The notes beneath the pieces are model-generated. The model searched no databases. It saw nothing but the letters and a program-made list of their open reading frames with translations, and was not told where the DNA came from. From assembly GCF_029024305.1 (NCBI RefSeq), contig NZ_CP118974.1:1611069-1643068 (forward strand): a DNA stretch of 32,000 bases. Direction: 5' to 3'. The translations under genes were made by a program, and so were the position numbers. The stretch comes from Mammaliicoccus vitulinus. GTDB lineage: Bacteria > Bacillota > Bacilli > Staphylococcales > Staphylococcaceae. Shown piece by piece: positions 30,798 to 32,000 of the stretch (within the stretch, counting starts at the first letter, position 1; the number at the start of each line of letters is the position of its first letter).

Positions 30798-32000
30798 TTA
30801 CATCAACATTTGTGGATTGATATCAATCTCCAATGATAATTTGTCCTTCAAATATTGCTCATGGTAATAATCGTCTAGATATCTCAATGCTGTTAATAAG
30901 TCTGGTTCGTTTTTGAACTTTATAAGAATTTGGAATCTATGTTGATTGTTTATTCTTGATAACGGGCTTGGTGACGGTCCTAATACAAAGGATTGTGTTG
31001 TGACGTGTTGTACAAGTATTCCGTGAATATGCTTGGATGCTTGTAATACTTTTCTTTTATCGAAATGACTAATTGTTAAATTTACAAGATAGTAATATGG
31101 TGGATATTTACCGACTTGTCTAAATTTCATCTCTTTTTGATAAAATGATAAGAAGTCATTTTTCGTAACGTCTAGAATTGCGTAATGATCAGGGTTATAC
31201 GTTTGAATCATTACTTCTCCTTGTTTTTCGTGTCTGCCTGCTCTACCTGCTACTTGTGTTAACAATTGGAATGTCTTCTCACTTGATCTAAAGTCTGGCA
31301 AGTTTAGCATCGTATCTGCATTAAGCACGCCTACTAAAGTGATGTTTTCAAAGTCTAAACCTTTCGCAATCATTTGTGTACCTAATAAAATATTGGCTTC
31401 TTGATTACCAAAAGCTGTTAGCAGTCTTTCATGTGCACCCTTTTTAGAAGTTGTATCGACATCCATTCTAATCACTTTAGCACGGTCAAAAGTTTCATAA
31501 ATAATTTCTTCGACTTTTTGAGTACCTACACCCATTTGTCGAATATGTTCACTTTCACAACTCGGACATTTTTGTGGCATTGCTTCACTATATCCACAAT
31601 AATGGCATTTCAAGTCATCATGAGTCTTATGATATGTTAAAGAAATATCGCAGTTTGGACATTGTGGCACGTGTCCACAATCTCTACATAATACGAATGA
31701 CGAATGTCCTCTTCTATTTAAAAAGAGAACAATTTGCTCACCTTTATCAATTCTCTCTTGGATTGCTTCAGTTAAATCCTTCGAGAACATTGATCTATTG
31801 CCTTCTTGCAATTCTTCTCTCATATCGATCAATTCAATTTCCGGCATTTTTTGTTGATTTACGCGATCTGGCAATCCTAGATATTGATATACATTTCTTT
31901 CAGCTCGAGCAAAAGTTTCTAAACTAGGTGTCGCTGATCCTAATACTACTGGACAATTATGGTATTCACTTCGCCATATAGCGATTTCTCTAGCATGGTA
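30798..32000 (-). CDS. priA: Primosomal replication protein N' (PriA helicase), C-terminal part; the N-terminus runs off the right edge
   Basis: VVLGSATPSLETF, FLNRRGHSSFVLCRDCGHVPQCPNCDISLTYHK (Zn sites), QMIAKGLDF and QVAGRAGR. The reading frame stays open to 32000, beyond the TTG start listed at 31874. Confidence 0.96.
   Translation of the reverse strand, partial: YHAREIAIWRSEYHNCPVVLGSATPSLETFARAERNVYQYLGLPDRVNQQKMPEIELIDMREELQEGNRSMFSKDLTEAIQERIDKGEQIVLFLNRRGHSSFVLCRDCGHVPQCPNCDISLTYHKTHDDLKCHYCGYSEAMPQKCPSCESEHIRQMGVGTQKVEEIIYETFDRAKVIRMDVDTTSKKGAHERLLTAFGNQEANILLGTQMIAKGLDFENITLVGVLNADTMLNLPDFRSSEKTFQLLTQVAGRAGRHEKQGEVMIQTYNPDHYAILDVTKNDFLSFYQKEMKFRQVGKYPPYYYLVNLTISHFDKRKVLQASKHIHGILVQHVTTQSFVLGPSPSPLSRINNQHRFQILIKFKNEPDLLTALRYLDDYYHEQYLKDKLSLEIDINPQMLM

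Overview
This window looks like core chromosome of a non-aureus Staphylococcaceae member. That assignment is inferred from protein similarity recalled from memory; no database was searched. Almost everything reads on the minus strand along a Bacillus-like backbone: priA / def-fmt-rsmB-rlmN-stp-prkC / rsgA-rpe-thiN / (rpmB, +) / asp23-like-fakA-sdaAB-sdaAA-recG / fapR-plsX-fabD-fabG-acpP / rnc-smc. Four places look like accessory or lineage-specific content set into that backbone. (1) Between acpP and rnc is a secreted, phage-endolysin-like CHAP protein with a consensus-matching WalR-type box upstream. (2) Between recG and fapR is a class A sortase with its own promoter-like sequence and terminator. 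(3) Between prkC and rsgA is a roughly 4.8 kb block. It holds an HssR/HssS-like heme-sensing pair, an OleT-like CYP152 fatty-acid peroxygenase/decarboxylase, and an S41-protease-like protein that appears to lack the catalytic Ser. (4) Between priA and def is an oppositely oriented NERD-type nuclease-like gene, followed directly by about 13 tandem copies of a 40-bp non-coding repeat. The best candidates for something undescribed are the HssRS/CYP152/pseudo-S41 block and the 40-bp array next to the NERD gene.
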